A DNA stretch of 51,121 nt from Coriobacteriia bacterium (GCA_030651905.1 JAUSBS010000001.1:1-51121), one strand, 5' to 3'. Shown: positions 1 to 9,215, counted from the stretch's first letter. The notes: generated from the letters alone by a model not told the origin. Made by a program: numbers and translations.

Positions 1-15
1 CGCGCTCCTGAGCTG

Positions 16-167
16 CCGCTCGTCGCCTGGCGCTCTCGAATCGTGCTCACCGTCACGCCAGCACTCGGAAGTGCCCGTTCGTCGCCCGCCCGATCCCGTT
101 ATCACAGTGCCGTTCGTCCGTTAGACCACCGCTCGTGCCCATCCGTCACTCATGGTAGCCGCTCGTC
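16..167 (+). promoter_or_regulatory. Cluster of CCGYTCGTC direct repeats, putative LytTR (AlgR-type) binding boxes
   Basis: Exact CCGYTCGTC at 16-24, 75-83, 110-118 and 159-167; variants at 96 (CCGTTATCA), 118 (CCGTTAGAC) and 129 (CCGCTCGTG). All lie on one strand upstream of the 218 ATG. Confidence 0.6.
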
Positions 168-217
168 TGCCGAAGAATACCTTGTAGGCCGAAAGTGGCT
201 TCCAGGGGGTGGACGAG

Positions 218-526
218 ATGAAGCACAGGATCATCACATCGGTGGCAGGAGTGCTGCTGATCGCGTCTCTCGTCGCCTCTCCCGCGGCGTCAGCGGCACC
301 CGGGTCGGGCTCGGCAGGGGTCACGGTCACCGTGTCCGTCGCAGCCAGGGTCGACTACACACTGGTCGACCACGATCACATCGACGTGCGCTCGAACGCC
401 CCCTGGAGGCTCACTCTCGTCTCGGCGCAAGGCGTCTCAGAGATCACCGGGCCCAGGACGGGCAGCACTCCGGTACGCCTTGCGGTCCCGGAAGGCACGA
501 CAGACTACTTCGTGACTCTGGAGTAG
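218..526 (+). CDS. Small secreted beta-rich protein, WxL-like
   Basis: ATG at 218 after a G-rich SD-like run. Sec signal peptide (MKHR-hydrophobic-ASA/A), alternating beta-strand pattern, and a VRSNAPWRL motif. Confidence 0.7.
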   Translation: MKHRIITSVAGVLLIASLVASPAASAAPGSGSAGVTVTVSVAARVDYTLVDHDHIDVRSNAPWRLTLVSAQGVSEITGPRTGSTPVRLAVPEGTTDYFVTLE

Positions 527-558
527 CCTTCCCCGAACAACAACTCACGCCGTCCCCT

Positions 559-585
559 CGACACCGCCTCTCGCAGGCGGTGTCG
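559..585. terminator. Hairpin between convergent genes, likely terminator
   Basis: CGACACCGCCT-N5-AGGCGGTGTCG, a perfect 11-bp stem; the U-tail is weak. Confidence 0.6.
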
Positions 586-618
586 GCTTGTCCGGGCGGA
601 ATCGACGGACGGGCGGCC

Positions 619-1830
619 TCAGGCCCAGGAGTCCTCGTCGTCGGACCACAGCTCGACGTTGCGAGGGAAGCTCGGATCGTGTGCGGCCGTATCGGCGGCG
701 TCCGCGGCCGCGTCGGTCTCGCCCTCCCGCGTCGGGCGGGCGGGGGCCTGCGGCTCCGGAGCCTCGATCGGCTCCGCCACTGACACCGTGCTGTCCGCGG
801 GCCCCGCGTCGCTTCGTGGGCGACGACCGCGTCCGCCGCGCTTCGTGCGCGCCGCGCGGCCGGCGGCAGCCACAGCTCCGCGCCACGTCAACCACAGCAC
901 CAGCCCGCCGACGAGCACCACGACGCCGATCACGAGCCACAGCGGGAAGACCCAGATGGTGCGGTCCTTCACGATGTCGACAGGGACGGCCTCGCCTTGT
1001 GCGTCGGGCTCCTTCGGGTACGTCGCAGTGAGCCGCGCCGTGAACTTGCCGATGCCGACGCCCATGAGGGCCAGAGACGCGCTCTGCTCGCTCATGGAGC
1101 GTGAGTACAGCGTCGTCTCGGTCATGACGGTGCTCTTCTGAAGCACGTTCTCGCCCGCGTCGAGGATCTCGAGCTTCGCGCTCACGGTCTTGTCGACGTT
1201 GCCATCGTTGCGTACGACGAAGTCGTAGGGCATGAGGTCGCCGATCACGAGACCGCGCACGTTGAACGGCTGGATGGTCAGCTTCTCCACCAGCGTGCCC
1301 TGGACGCGCACCCGCACGCGGCTACCCACCCGCCCGGACACGGTGGACAGCATGCCTCCGCCCTGCGCGAAGTCGAACATCTCGAAGAAGATGAGGACCT
1401 GGTGGTCGCCGGCCGCGACACCGTTCGGGACCTCGAAGTTGAACTTCACGAGGACCCGCTGCTTCGGCTTCATCTCGAGATACGGCGTGTTGCCGATCGC
1501 CTTGGAGTCCTGCGGCATCTGGATGCGGAACCACGTGGCGGGACCCGAGAACCCCGGCTCACCGAACTTGGGGACCTCGTAGGTGACCTTGCCCTTGGCG
1601 TCGGTCTTCTGGTTCGCGGAGTAGACCATGACCTTGATCGGCTCGGTGCCGTCGTTGATCACGTAGAGCTCGCCCTTGCCGGTCTGCCCGGCGGCCACGT
1701 TGAAGTCGAACGTGGGGGCCGAGATGCCGACCGTGCGCACGGCCGAAGCGGGCACCGGCAGCGCCATCGGGACAGCGAGAGCAAGGACCAGCGCGAGTGC
1801 CGACAGGCGTCGCACGATGGGCCGACTCAT
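619..1830 (-). CDS. DUF916-like (WxL-associated) cell-surface protein with C-terminal TM anchor
   Basis: Signal peptide, two Ig-like segments (ELYVINDG, VVRNDGNV), TM helix FPLWLVIGVVVLVGGLVLWL, then a basic and Pro/acidic tail. Confidence 0.65.
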   Translation of the reverse strand: MSRPIVRRLSALALVLALAVPMALPVPASAVRTVGISAPTFDFNVAAGQTGKGELYVINDGTEPIKVMVYSANQKTDAKGKVTYEVPKFGEPGFSGPATWFRIQMPQDSKAIGNTPYLEMKPKQRVLVKFNFEVPNGVAAGDHQVLIFFEMFDFAQGGGMLSTVSGRVGSRVRVRVQGTLVEKLTIQPFNVRGLVIGDLMPYDFVVRNDGNVDKTVSAKLEILDAGENVLQKSTVMTETTLYSRSMSEQSASLALMGVGIGKFTARLTATYPKEPDAQGEAVPVDIVKDRTIWVFPLWLVIGVVVLVGGLVLWLTWRGAVAAAGRAARTKRGGRGRRPRSDAGPADSTVSVAEPIEAPEPQAPARPTREGETDAAADAADTAAHDPSFPRNVELWSDDEDSWA

Positions 1831-2570
1831 CAGATGCCGACCGCTTCCCGGAAGTGACGGACCTCCCGGCGAGCCACCGGGATGTGGGTCTCGTCCCGGT
1901 CGGTGGCGACGACGACGTAGCCGCCGTCCATGCGCAGGATCTCCTTGATGCAGTTCATGTTGATGATGTAACTGCGGTGCATCCGGTGGAACGACTCGCG
2001 CGCGAGCTTCTTCTCCAGCTCGCCGAGCGTCATATCCACGAGGTACTGGTTCTCATACGTGTGCACGTAGGTCGACTTGTTCTTGGCCGAGACGTAGACG
2101 ATGTCGTCGATCGAGAGCAGGACCGTGCGCCCGCCCTTGCGGACGGCGAGCTTGCGGAACTCGCCCTCGGCGCCGCCGGCCGACTCGGCCGAGCGAACGC
2201 GGGTGTGCACAAGGCTGCGGACGCGGGCCGCCAGCTCCAGGATGTTGAACGGCTTGGTCACGTACTGCTGGACGCCTTGCTTGAACGCGAGGATCTTGGC
2301 GAGATCCTGCGTCTTGGCGGTGAGCATGATGACGGGGATGTCGGCCGTCAGCGGGTTGTTGCGGATCTCCATGAGCGCCATCCAGCCATCGACCTTCGGC
2401 ATCATGATGTCGAGAAGGATGACGTCGATGGGCTCGCGGGCGAGTACATCGAGTGCCTCGGCGCCGTCACCTGCGCTGGCGACCTTCATGCCGTCGGTCT
2501 CAAGACCGAGCCGGATCATCTCGACGATCGAGGGATCGTCGTCGACGCACAGGACGTTGATGGGCTCCAC
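1830..2570 (-). CDS. LytTR-family response regulator
   Basis: REC domain (VDDD, LLDIMMP, TKPF) plus LytTR domain (FHRMHRSYIIN, IPVARR). GTG start after GGAGG. Its stop overlaps the next ATG (TGATG). Confidence 0.9.
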   Translation of the reverse strand: MEPINVLCVDDDPSIVEMIRLGLETDGMKVASAGDGAEALDVLAREPIDVILLDIMMPKVDGWMALMEIRNNPLTADIPVIMLTAKTQDLAKILAFKQGVQQYVTKPFNILELAARVRSLVHTRVRSAESAGGAEGEFRKLAVRKGGRTVLLSIDDIVYVSAKNKSTYVHTYENQYLVDMTLGELEKKLARESFHRMHRSYIINMNCIKEILRMDGGYVVVATDRDETHIPVARREVRHFREAVGI

Positions 2571-2676
2571 AAGTGCCTCCAAACAGCGCCGCCGGCGCTC
2601 CCCTGCGACCGCGTCAGCGGTCACCTCTGGCAGGAGTATACCCGACGAACGGTCGCTCTGGTGCGCGCAACCCCCG

Positions 2677-4134
2677 CTAGGCCGAGCCAGCCAGCCACTC
2701 ATCGATGGCGCGAGCGGCCTTCTTGCCGGCGCCCATGGCGAGGATGACGGTCGCCGACCCGGTGACGATGTCGCCTCCCGCGAACACGCCCGGCTTGCTC
2801 GTCTCCCCGTCCGGACCCGCGACGATGTAGCCGCGGCTGTTGAGTTCGACGTCGGGAGCCGCGTTCGTCAGCAGCGGGTTCGCGCGAGTGCCCAGCGCGA
2901 TGATCACCGTGTCGCACTCGATCACGAAGTCGGAGTCCAGCACGCAGACCGGCGCCCGACGTCCGGACGCGTCCGGCTCGCCCAGCTCCATCCGCGTCGC
3001 GACCATGCCGGTCACCCAGCCGTCGCGCCCGACGATCTCGACAGGCGAGCACAGCATCTTGAACTCGACGCCCTCCTCGCGTGCATGGTGGACCTCCTCC
3101 TTGCGCGCCGGCATCTCCTCCTCGGTGCGGCGATAGACGAGGAAGACCTCGTCGGCGCCGAGACGGAGTGCAGTGCGTGCGGCGTCCATCGCCACGTTGC
3201 CGCCCCCGACGACCGCGACCTTGCGGCCCCGCCACACGGGTGTGTCGTGGCGCGGGAAGTCGTACGCTTTCATGAGGTTCACGCGGGTGAGGAACTCGTT
3301 CGCGGAGTAGACGCCGTTGAGGTTCTCGCCCGGGATGCCGAGGAAGAGCGGCAGTCCCGCGCCGGACCCGACGAACACGGCGTGAAAGCCCTGCTCGCCC
3401 ATGAGCTCGTCCACGGTGTGCGTGGCGCCGATGACGACGTCGGTCACGATCTCCACGCCCATCTCGACGAGCATCTCGACTTCCGCAGCGACGATCTCCT
3501 TCGGCAGGCGGAACTCCGGGATGCCGTAGAGCAGCACGCCGCCGGCGGCGTGCAGACTCTCAAACACGGTGACGGCGTGTCCCAGGCGCGCGAGCTCGCC
3601 CGCGCACGCGAGGCCGGCCGGGCCGGCGCCGACGACCGCGACGCGGCGCCCGGTGGGAGCACCGATGTCGGGACGGCAGCGGTGCTCGAGGTCGCAGGCC
3701 AGGTCCAGGTCGCCCAGGTAGCGCTCGAGGCGACCGATCGCGACGGGGTCGCCCTTTCGCGCGAGAACGCACGCGGCCTCGCACTGCTCCTCCTGCGGGC
3801 AGACGCGGCCGCAGGCCGAGGGCAGCGCGTTGCGCGCCTTGAGGACCTCCACGCCGCGCTTGGCGTCGCCCTCGATGATGCCGGCGATGAAGGACTTGAT
3901 GTCGATGTTGACCGGGCAGCCCTCGATGCAGGTCGGGTTCGCGCACTGCAGACAGCGCATCGCCTCAGCGTGCGCCTCCTCGTCGGAGTAGCCGAGGTTC
4001 ACCTCGTCGAAGGACTTCGCGCGCTGCTTCGCGTCCCGCTCGCGCATGGGCGTGCGGGGCGCGCGCGAGGCGCGATGGCGCGGCCTGTCGGCCGGCGCGG
4101 GAGCGTCAGCAGCGGGAGTCACTTGATCCGACAT
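2677..4134 (-). CDS. nfnB: NfnB/SudA-type large subunit (GltD-like NADPH oxidoreductase)
   Basis: RCLQC..C.EGCP, CGRVCPQEEQC, GAGPAG, GGGNVAMD and GGDIVTG motifs; lies directly downstream of an nfnA-like gene. Confidence 0.85.
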   Translation of the reverse strand: MSDQVTPAADAPAPADRPRHRASRAPRTPMRERDAKQRAKSFDEVNLGYSDEEAHAEAMRCLQCANPTCIEGCPVNIDIKSFIAGIIEGDAKRGVEVLKARNALPSACGRVCPQEEQCEAACVLARKGDPVAIGRLERYLGDLDLACDLEHRCRPDIGAPTGRRVAVVGAGPAGLACAGELARLGHAVTVFESLHAAGGVLLYGIPEFRLPKEIVAAEVEMLVEMGVEIVTDVVIGATHTVDELMGEQGFHAVFVGSGAGLPLFLGIPGENLNGVYSANEFLTRVNLMKAYDFPRHDTPVWRGRKVAVVGGGNVAMDAARTALRLGADEVFLVYRRTEEEMPARKEEVHHAREEGVEFKMLCSPVEIVGRDGWVTGMVATRMELGEPDASGRRAPVCVLDSDFVIECDTVIIALGTRANPLLTNAAPDVELNSRGYIVAGPDGETSKPGVFAGGDIVTGSATVILAMGAGKKAARAIDEWLAGSA

Positions 4135-4961
4135 GCGCACTCGCTCTCGAAATCGGCGGCGGCTTCGCGCTCGACGTCCGCGTAGACGCGCTGGCGGCTC
4201 ATGAGCTCCTCGAAATCCACGAGGTGCCCGTCGAAGTCCGGCCCGTCGACACAGCCGAACAGCGTCTTGGCGCCCACGCTCACGCGGCACGCGCCACACA
4301 TGCCGGTGCCGTCCACCATGATCGGGTTGAGCGACACCGTGGTCGGCACCGCGAAGTCACGTGTCGTGGCGGCGCAGAACTTCATCATGATCGCCGGGCC
4401 GATGGCCATGGCGTGGTCTATCGCGCCGGCCTCACACAGCTCCTTGAGCGGCGCAGTCACGAGGTCCTTACGGCCCGCGGACCCGTCGTCCGTGCACACC
4501 ACGAGCTCCTTGAGCGGCAGCGCCCGGAACTCGTCCTCGAGGATCAGCAGCTCGCGGTTGCGGGCGCCGAGGATGACGGTCACCTCGTCGCCTGCCGCAG
4601 CCATCGCCCGCGCCACCGGATACGCCACGGCGGCGCCGACACCCCCGCCCACCACAGCAACGCGTCCGAGTCCACCGACGTGGGTCGGCTTGCCGAGCGG
4701 TCCGACGACATCCAGCAGCGCGTCTCCGGCCGCGAGGTGCGACAGCTTGTGTGTCGTCTTGCCGACGCGCATGAAGATGAAGCGGACCCAGCCCTCATCG
4801 GACGACCAGTCCGAGAAGGTGAGCGGGATGCGCTCGCCGGCCTCGTCCACGCGAAGGATGAGGAACTGCCCCGCGCGTACCTTGGCCGCGATCGCGGGCG
4901 CTGAGACCGTCGTCTCGAAGACCGACTCGGAGAGCTGGCGCGTGGCGATGATCGGGAACAT
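4119..4961 (-). CDS. nfnA: NfnA/SudB-type small subunit (FAD, 2Fe-2S)
   Basis: GERIPLT, GPLG, GGGVG and DGTGMCGACRV...CVDGPDF motifs. Confidence 0.85.
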   Translation of the reverse strand: MFPIIATRQLSESVFETTVSAPAIAAKVRAGQFLILRVDEAGERIPLTFSDWSSDEGWVRFIFMRVGKTTHKLSHLAAGDALLDVVGPLGKPTHVGGLGRVAVVGGGVGAAVAYPVARAMAAAGDEVTVILGARNRELLILEDEFRALPLKELVVCTDDGSAGRKDLVTAPLKELCEAGAIDHAMAIGPAIMMKFCAATTRDFAVPTTVSLNPIMVDGTGMCGACRVSVGAKTLFGCVDGPDFDGHLVDFEELMSRQRVYADVEREAAADFESECACRIK

Positions 4962-5068
4962 GCGGGCTTCGGCTCACCTTTCGTGTTCGAATCGCCGCCT
5001 TGAAAGGGCTGCGAAGGGACGTGTCAGTATACTAGGCGGGTCGATGCGGCGGGTGAAGGGGGCGGGGT

Positions 5069-6163
5069 GTGAGCAGGAGGAGGAGCGTCGCGCTCGGGCT
5101 TCTGGCGGCATCGTGCGCCGCAGTCCTCACACTGACCGCGTGCGGGGTCTCCGCAGGCCGGCCCGTCACCGTCAGTCGCGAGGTCCTCGGAACCGTCGTC
5201 ACGATCACGGTGTACGGTTCCGACGATGTCGCCACGCGCTCGGGCGCCGAGGCTGCCTTCGCAGACATGATGCGCGTGGAGGCGCAGCTCGATCCGTACG
5301 ACACCACCTCCACGATCGCGACCCTCAACGCCGCGCCGTACGAGTGGCACGACCTTCCGCCCGACGCCGCCACGATCTTCGACCGCGTGGGGAAGCTCGG
5401 GGTCACCGCCCAGTTCTCGCCGGCGCTGCTGGCCATCACCAACCTCTACGACTTCGGCGGCCGAGGCTCCGTGCCCGCGAGCGACCAGCTCGCGGTGGCC
5501 GTCGTCCAAGCGCAGGGTTTCGCGCGCGACGGTGCGCGGGTCCGCTTCGCGCCGGTGGCCTTCGCGCCCCCGCCGCCCGGCGCGGAGTCCAGCAGCGCGG
5601 CGTCGACCAACAACACCCTGCGCCCCGGCCTCGACTTCGGCGGCGCGGCCAAGGGACTCGCGCTCGACCGCGCCATGGAGCGGCTTCGCGCAACGCCCGG
5701 CATGACCGGCGCGATGATCACCGCCGGTTCCAGCACGCAGGTGTGGGGCCGGAAGGGCGACGGCGAACCCTGGCGGATCGGCATCGAGGATCCTCGCGCC
5801 ACGGGCAAGGTCGTCGCGGTCATCGGCGCACAGGCGCCCGACGTCTTGAACCTCTCCACGTCGGGCGACTACCAGCTCTTCTTCGACCGGGGCGGCGTGC
5901 GCTACCACCACATCCTCGACCCGGCCACCGGGCGTCCGGCCCGCGGTCTTCGCTCGCTCACGGTCTACGGGAACGTGTCGGGCCTGGACGCGGACATACT
6001 CTCCACCGCGCTGTTCGTCGCCGGCCCGGACGCGGCCAAGGAGTGGACGCAGCGCAACGGCGTCGGCCTCTACGCCATCGACCACCGAGGACGCGTCATC
6101 GCAGTCAGCGCTCCGAAGGGCGCGAACGTCACCTTCGAGCGGACGGCTTCGCCCAGGAAGTAG
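5069..6163 (+). CDS. apbE: FAD:protein FMN transferase lipoprotein
   Basis: Lipobox LTAC; LDFGGAAKG, WRIGIEDP, STSGDY, HHILDPATG and ADILSTA motifs. Confidence 0.92.
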   Translation: MSRRRSVALGLLAASCAAVLTLTACGVSAGRPVTVSREVLGTVVTITVYGSDDVATRSGAEAAFADMMRVEAQLDPYDTTSTIATLNAAPYEWHDLPPDAATIFDRVGKLGVTAQFSPALLAITNLYDFGGRGSVPASDQLAVAVVQAQGFARDGARVRFAPVAFAPPPPGAESSSAASTNNTLRPGLDFGGAAKGLALDRAMERLRATPGMTGAMITAGSSTQVWGRKGDGEPWRIGIEDPRATGKVVAVIGAQAPDVLNLSTSGDYQLFFDRGGVRYHHILDPATGRPARGLRSLTVYGNVSGLDADILSTALFVAGPDAAKEWTQRNGVGLYAIDHRGRVIAVSAPKGANVTFERTASPRK

Positions 6164-6184
6164 CGCGACCGTACACGCGCAACG

Positions 6185-6223
6185 CGAAAGGAGCGGCCAC
6201 CATCTCGGCGGCCGCTCCTTTCG
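6185..6223. terminator. Bidirectional intrinsic terminator
   Basis: CGAAAGGAGCGGCC-N11-GGCCGCTCCTTTCG between convergent genes. Confidence 0.8.
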
Positions 6224-6242
6224 ATCGCAACTCCAGCGAGTA

Positions 6243-6605
6243 CTAGCTGGGGTTGACCCACTGCTTGATGAAGCCGGAGACGACCGGCACGTCGAAGTCC
6301 TCGCCCTTCCATGCCTTGAGCGTGTAGACGACCAGGACGATGAAGACGATCGGGTAGATCAGCAGCCCGATGAGCACTGCCGAGGTCACGCTGGCGACCA
6401 GGTAGCCGATGATCGAGAACGCGGCGCCCTGAAGGACGTGCTTACGGAGCCACGGCTCGTTCTTGTACGGATCGAGGAACAGCGCGATCAGTCCCCAAGG
6501 AGCGAACAGGTAACCGCCGAACGCCGCGATCGCCTTGCTGTTGTCGCTCGCGGGCCCCCCCATCGACACGGGGGCGGGCGGGGTCATGCCGGTACCGTCA
6601 GTCAT
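6243..6605 (-). CDS. DUF4870-like small membrane protein
   Basis: Three hydrophobic segments; pattern SKAIAA..GY, KH..Q, KAWKGE.FDVPVV; GGAGGG SD. Confidence 0.75.
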   Translation of the reverse strand: MTDGTGMTPPAPVSMGGPASDNSKAIAAFGGYLFAPWGLIALFLDPYKNEPWLRKHVLQGAAFSIIGYLVASVTSAVLIGLLIYPIVFIVLVVYTLKAWKGEDFDVPVVSGFIKQWVNPS

Positions 6606-6762
6606 CGCAGTCCCTCCGTTTCACACGTACCTTGTCGGATCGTCGAAATGCGCTCTCGTTTGCGACACACCCTCTACGAGAGATACTATAGCGGGTGTAT
6701 ACCACACCGCGTGGCATTCGTAGAGCCAGTCGCAGCCAGCCCGCAGGAGATGATTCGCAGTA

Positions 6763-7971
6763 ATGCGTCGCACAACGCCGCTGGGCATCCTCCTCGTCGC
6801 CGTTCTCGTTTCGGCGTGCGCCCTTCCGGGCGTGGCCCTCGCAGCCACGAACGCGGACCTCTACGCTCACCAGCGCGCCGCCGATGAGGCCCGCAAGAAG
6901 GCCGCGGCCGAGCAGAAGCTCGCAGACGCGCTGCTGGCCCAGACGCGCAAACTCGAGTCCGAGATCCAGGTGATCGCGGGCGAGGTCACCGCTCTCGAAG
7001 GTGAGATCGGCACCGCCTCCGAACGCCGGGCACGCCTTGAGCAGGAGATCGGCCTGTTGCGCGGCAGTATCGACCTCAAGCAGCAGCAGATCGAGTCCGT
7101 GAAGCAGGACTACGAGGTACAGACCGACGCACTCGCGGCGCGCGTCGACGCCACCTACCGCTCGGGGGAGTGGGTCTTCATCGACTGGCTCCTGTCGGCC
7201 GAGTCGATCCCCGATCTCCTCGATCGCACCGCCATGGTCCAGCGGATCATGGAGAACGATGAGGAGATAGCGGACGGTCTCGAGAGCGACCGCATCGTCC
7301 TCGAGCGAGCCGAGCAGGAGCTCGCGCGCACGCTCGACGAGGTCTCGACGAAGCGTGCGGAGGTCAAGGCCGAGGAGGACCGCCTGGAAGGTCTGCAGTC
7401 GATTCGCAACAGCAAGCTCAAGGCCGAGCAGTCCGCGAAGAACCAGAAGACCGCCCTGCTCGCCGAGACCAAAGAGAACATCGCGCGGCTCAGAGCGATA
7501 GCGGCCGCGGAAGACCGGGAGTCCGCTCGCATCGCCGCGATGCTCAAGGGCGGCTCATCGCACGGCTCGGGTCGCTATGCCGGTTCGATGGCGTGGCCCT
7601 GCCCCGGCTACACGCGCGTGAGTTCCCAGTTCGGCATGCGCTACCACCCGATCCTGCACTACAACCGCATGCACGCCGGCATCGACGTGAGCGCGCCCAG
7701 CGGTGCGACCCTGGTTGCGGTAGGCTCCGGCGTCGTCGTCTCGGCCGGGGTGAGCGGCGGCTACGGCAAGTGCGTAATGATCGACCACGGTGACGGCCTC
7801 GTGAGCGTCTACGCCCACATGAGCCGCATCTCGGTGTCGAAGGGCCAGAAGCTGGTCACCGGGCAGTCGATCGGCGCGGTGGGCTCCACGGGGCTCTCGA
7901 CGGGCCCGCACCTGCATTTCGAGATCCGCGTGAACGGTAATCCGGTCAACCCGCTCGGCGGCTACATCTAG
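6763..7971 (+). CDS. Secreted coiled-coil M23 peptidoglycan endopeptidase (EnvC/CwlO-like architecture)
   Basis: Signal peptide, long coiled coil, then HAGID, YAHM and STGPHLHFEIR motifs. Confidence 0.9.
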   Translation: MRRTTPLGILLVAVLVSACALPGVALAATNADLYAHQRAADEARKKAAAEQKLADALLAQTRKLESEIQVIAGEVTALEGEIGTASERRARLEQEIGLLRGSIDLKQQQIESVKQDYEVQTDALAARVDATYRSGEWVFIDWLLSAESIPDLLDRTAMVQRIMENDEEIADGLESDRIVLERAEQELARTLDEVSTKRAEVKAEEDRLEGLQSIRNSKLKAEQSAKNQKTALLAETKENIARLRAIAAAEDRESARIAAMLKGGSSHGSGRYAGSMAWPCPGYTRVSSQFGMRYHPILHYNRMHAGIDVSAPSGATLVAVGSGVVVSAGVSGGYGKCVMIDHGDGLVSVYAHMSRISVSKGQKLVTGQSIGAVGSTGLSTGPHLHFEIRVNGNPVNPLGGYI

Positions 7972-8005
7972 GCCGCTGGCTTCTCCGCCGTCGGTCGCGC
8001 CGGAT

Positions 8006-8575
8006 CTACGCCCCGTTGCACTCCCGCATCGCGGACTCGATACCCTGCTCGAGCACGTGCATCACGCACTGTGCGGCTTCGGGCACGACCCCGTCCACCA
8101 AGTGCTCGAAGGCCTCCTTGCGCATGGGCTCGAGCACGTAGTCCGCGGGGTCCATGCGTCCGGGCGGGCGGCCGATGCCCACGCGGACGCGCAGGTAGTC
8201 GCCCGCCCCCAGCGTCTCGGAAAGCGATCGGAGCCCGTTGTGGCCGCCATGGCCTCCCCCGCGCTTGGCACGCACCGAGCCTTCGGGCAAGTCGAGGTCA
8301 TCGTGTACGACGACCAGCTCGTCCACCTCGACGCCGTAGGAGTCGAGGAGTCGGCGCACGGCCTTGCCGGAGACGTTCATGAAAGCCTGAGGCTTCGCCA
8401 GCACCAGCTCGTCCTCGCCGAGGCGCACGCGGGCCACCTTCGCCCCGGCCTCGTCCTTCCAGTACGCGGCACGCAGGTTCTGCGCGAGCAGGTCCACGAC
8501 GAGGAAGCCCGCGTTGTGGCGCGTGGCGGCGTATTCCGGTCCGGGGTTGCCCAGGCCGACGACGAGTCTGGTCAC
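8006..8575 (-). CDS. pth: Peptidyl-tRNA hydrolase
   Basis: VGLGNPG, TRHNAG, HDDLD, GGHNG and RVGIGRP motifs. Confidence 0.97.
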   Translation of the reverse strand: MTRLVVGLGNPGPEYAATRHNAGFLVVDLLAQNLRAAYWKDEAGAKVARVRLGEDELVLAKPQAFMNVSGKAVRRLLDSYGVEVDELVVVHDDLDLPEGSVRAKRGGGHGGHNGLRSLSETLGAGDYLRVRVGIGRPPGRMDPADYVLEPMRKEAFEHLVDGVVPEAAQCVMHVLEQGIESAMRECNGA

Positions 8576-8588
8576 GGTTTCCCGAGCA

Positions 8589-9215
8589 CTACTCCTCGGA
8601 CTTCTCGCCGATGACCTCGGGCTCGACCGCCTCCGTGGCGATTTCTTCCTCGACCTCTTCGGCCTTCGGTGCGACGACCGAGCACAGGATCTCGTCCGCG
8701 GCGTCCAGGATCGTGACGCCGTCGAGCGCGACGATGTCGGAGATGTGCAGCGAGTCGCCGATCTCGAGCGCACTGACGTCGGCCTCGAGGTACTCCGGCA
8801 TCTCGGTCGGCAGCGACTCGACATGCACGGTCTGGATGTTGTGCATCATCACGCCGCCGGTCTTGACGCCCGGTGACTCGCCCAGGAAGTGCACGGGCAC
8901 CGACGTGGCGACCATCTGCTTCATGTTCACGGCCCAGAAGTCCACGTGCGTGACGGTCCCCTTGAGCGGGTCGTGCTGCAGCGACTTCACGATCACGTTG
9001 ACCGGCTTGTTCTCGTCGACGGTCAGCTTCACGAGCGAACTCATGAGGCCCTCCTTGTGAAGGAGCAGGCCGAAGACGTGCTTGTCGACCGAGATCGCCG
9101 TGGACTCATGGCCGACGCCGTAGAGCACGGCGGGGAGGCGCTCGTGGGGCAGTCGCCGGTTGGCCTTACCTATCACCTCGCGGGCTGTCGCGTTCAGATC
9201 GATGCTCTCGGCCAT
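8589..9215 (-). CDS. rplY: 50S ribosomal protein L25/Ctc
   Basis: LPAVLYG, HVDF and GVKTGG motifs with an acidic tail; lies between prs and pth. Confidence 0.96.
   Translation of the reverse strand: MAESIDLNATAREVIGKANRRLPHERLPAVLYGVGHESTAISVDKHVFGLLLHKEGLMSSLVKLTVDENKPVNVIVKSLQHDPLKGTVTHVDFWAVNMKQMVATSVPVHFLGESPGVKTGGVMMHNIQTVHVESLPTEMPEYLEADVSALEIGDSLHISDIVALDGVTILDAADEILCSVVAPKAEEVEEEIATEAVEPEVIGEKSEE

Noticed and set aside
43-783. 246-aa plus-strand ORF over the repeat cluster
   Set aside because: Low-complexity Arg/Gly/Ser product with no motifs; it overlaps the better 218-526 gene, the terminator hairpin and the 619-1830 gene.
2101-6246. Long plus-strand ORFs of 694 and 681 aa
   Set aside because: Antisense or off-frame shadows of the LytTR gene, nfnAB and apbE, as expected at high GC.
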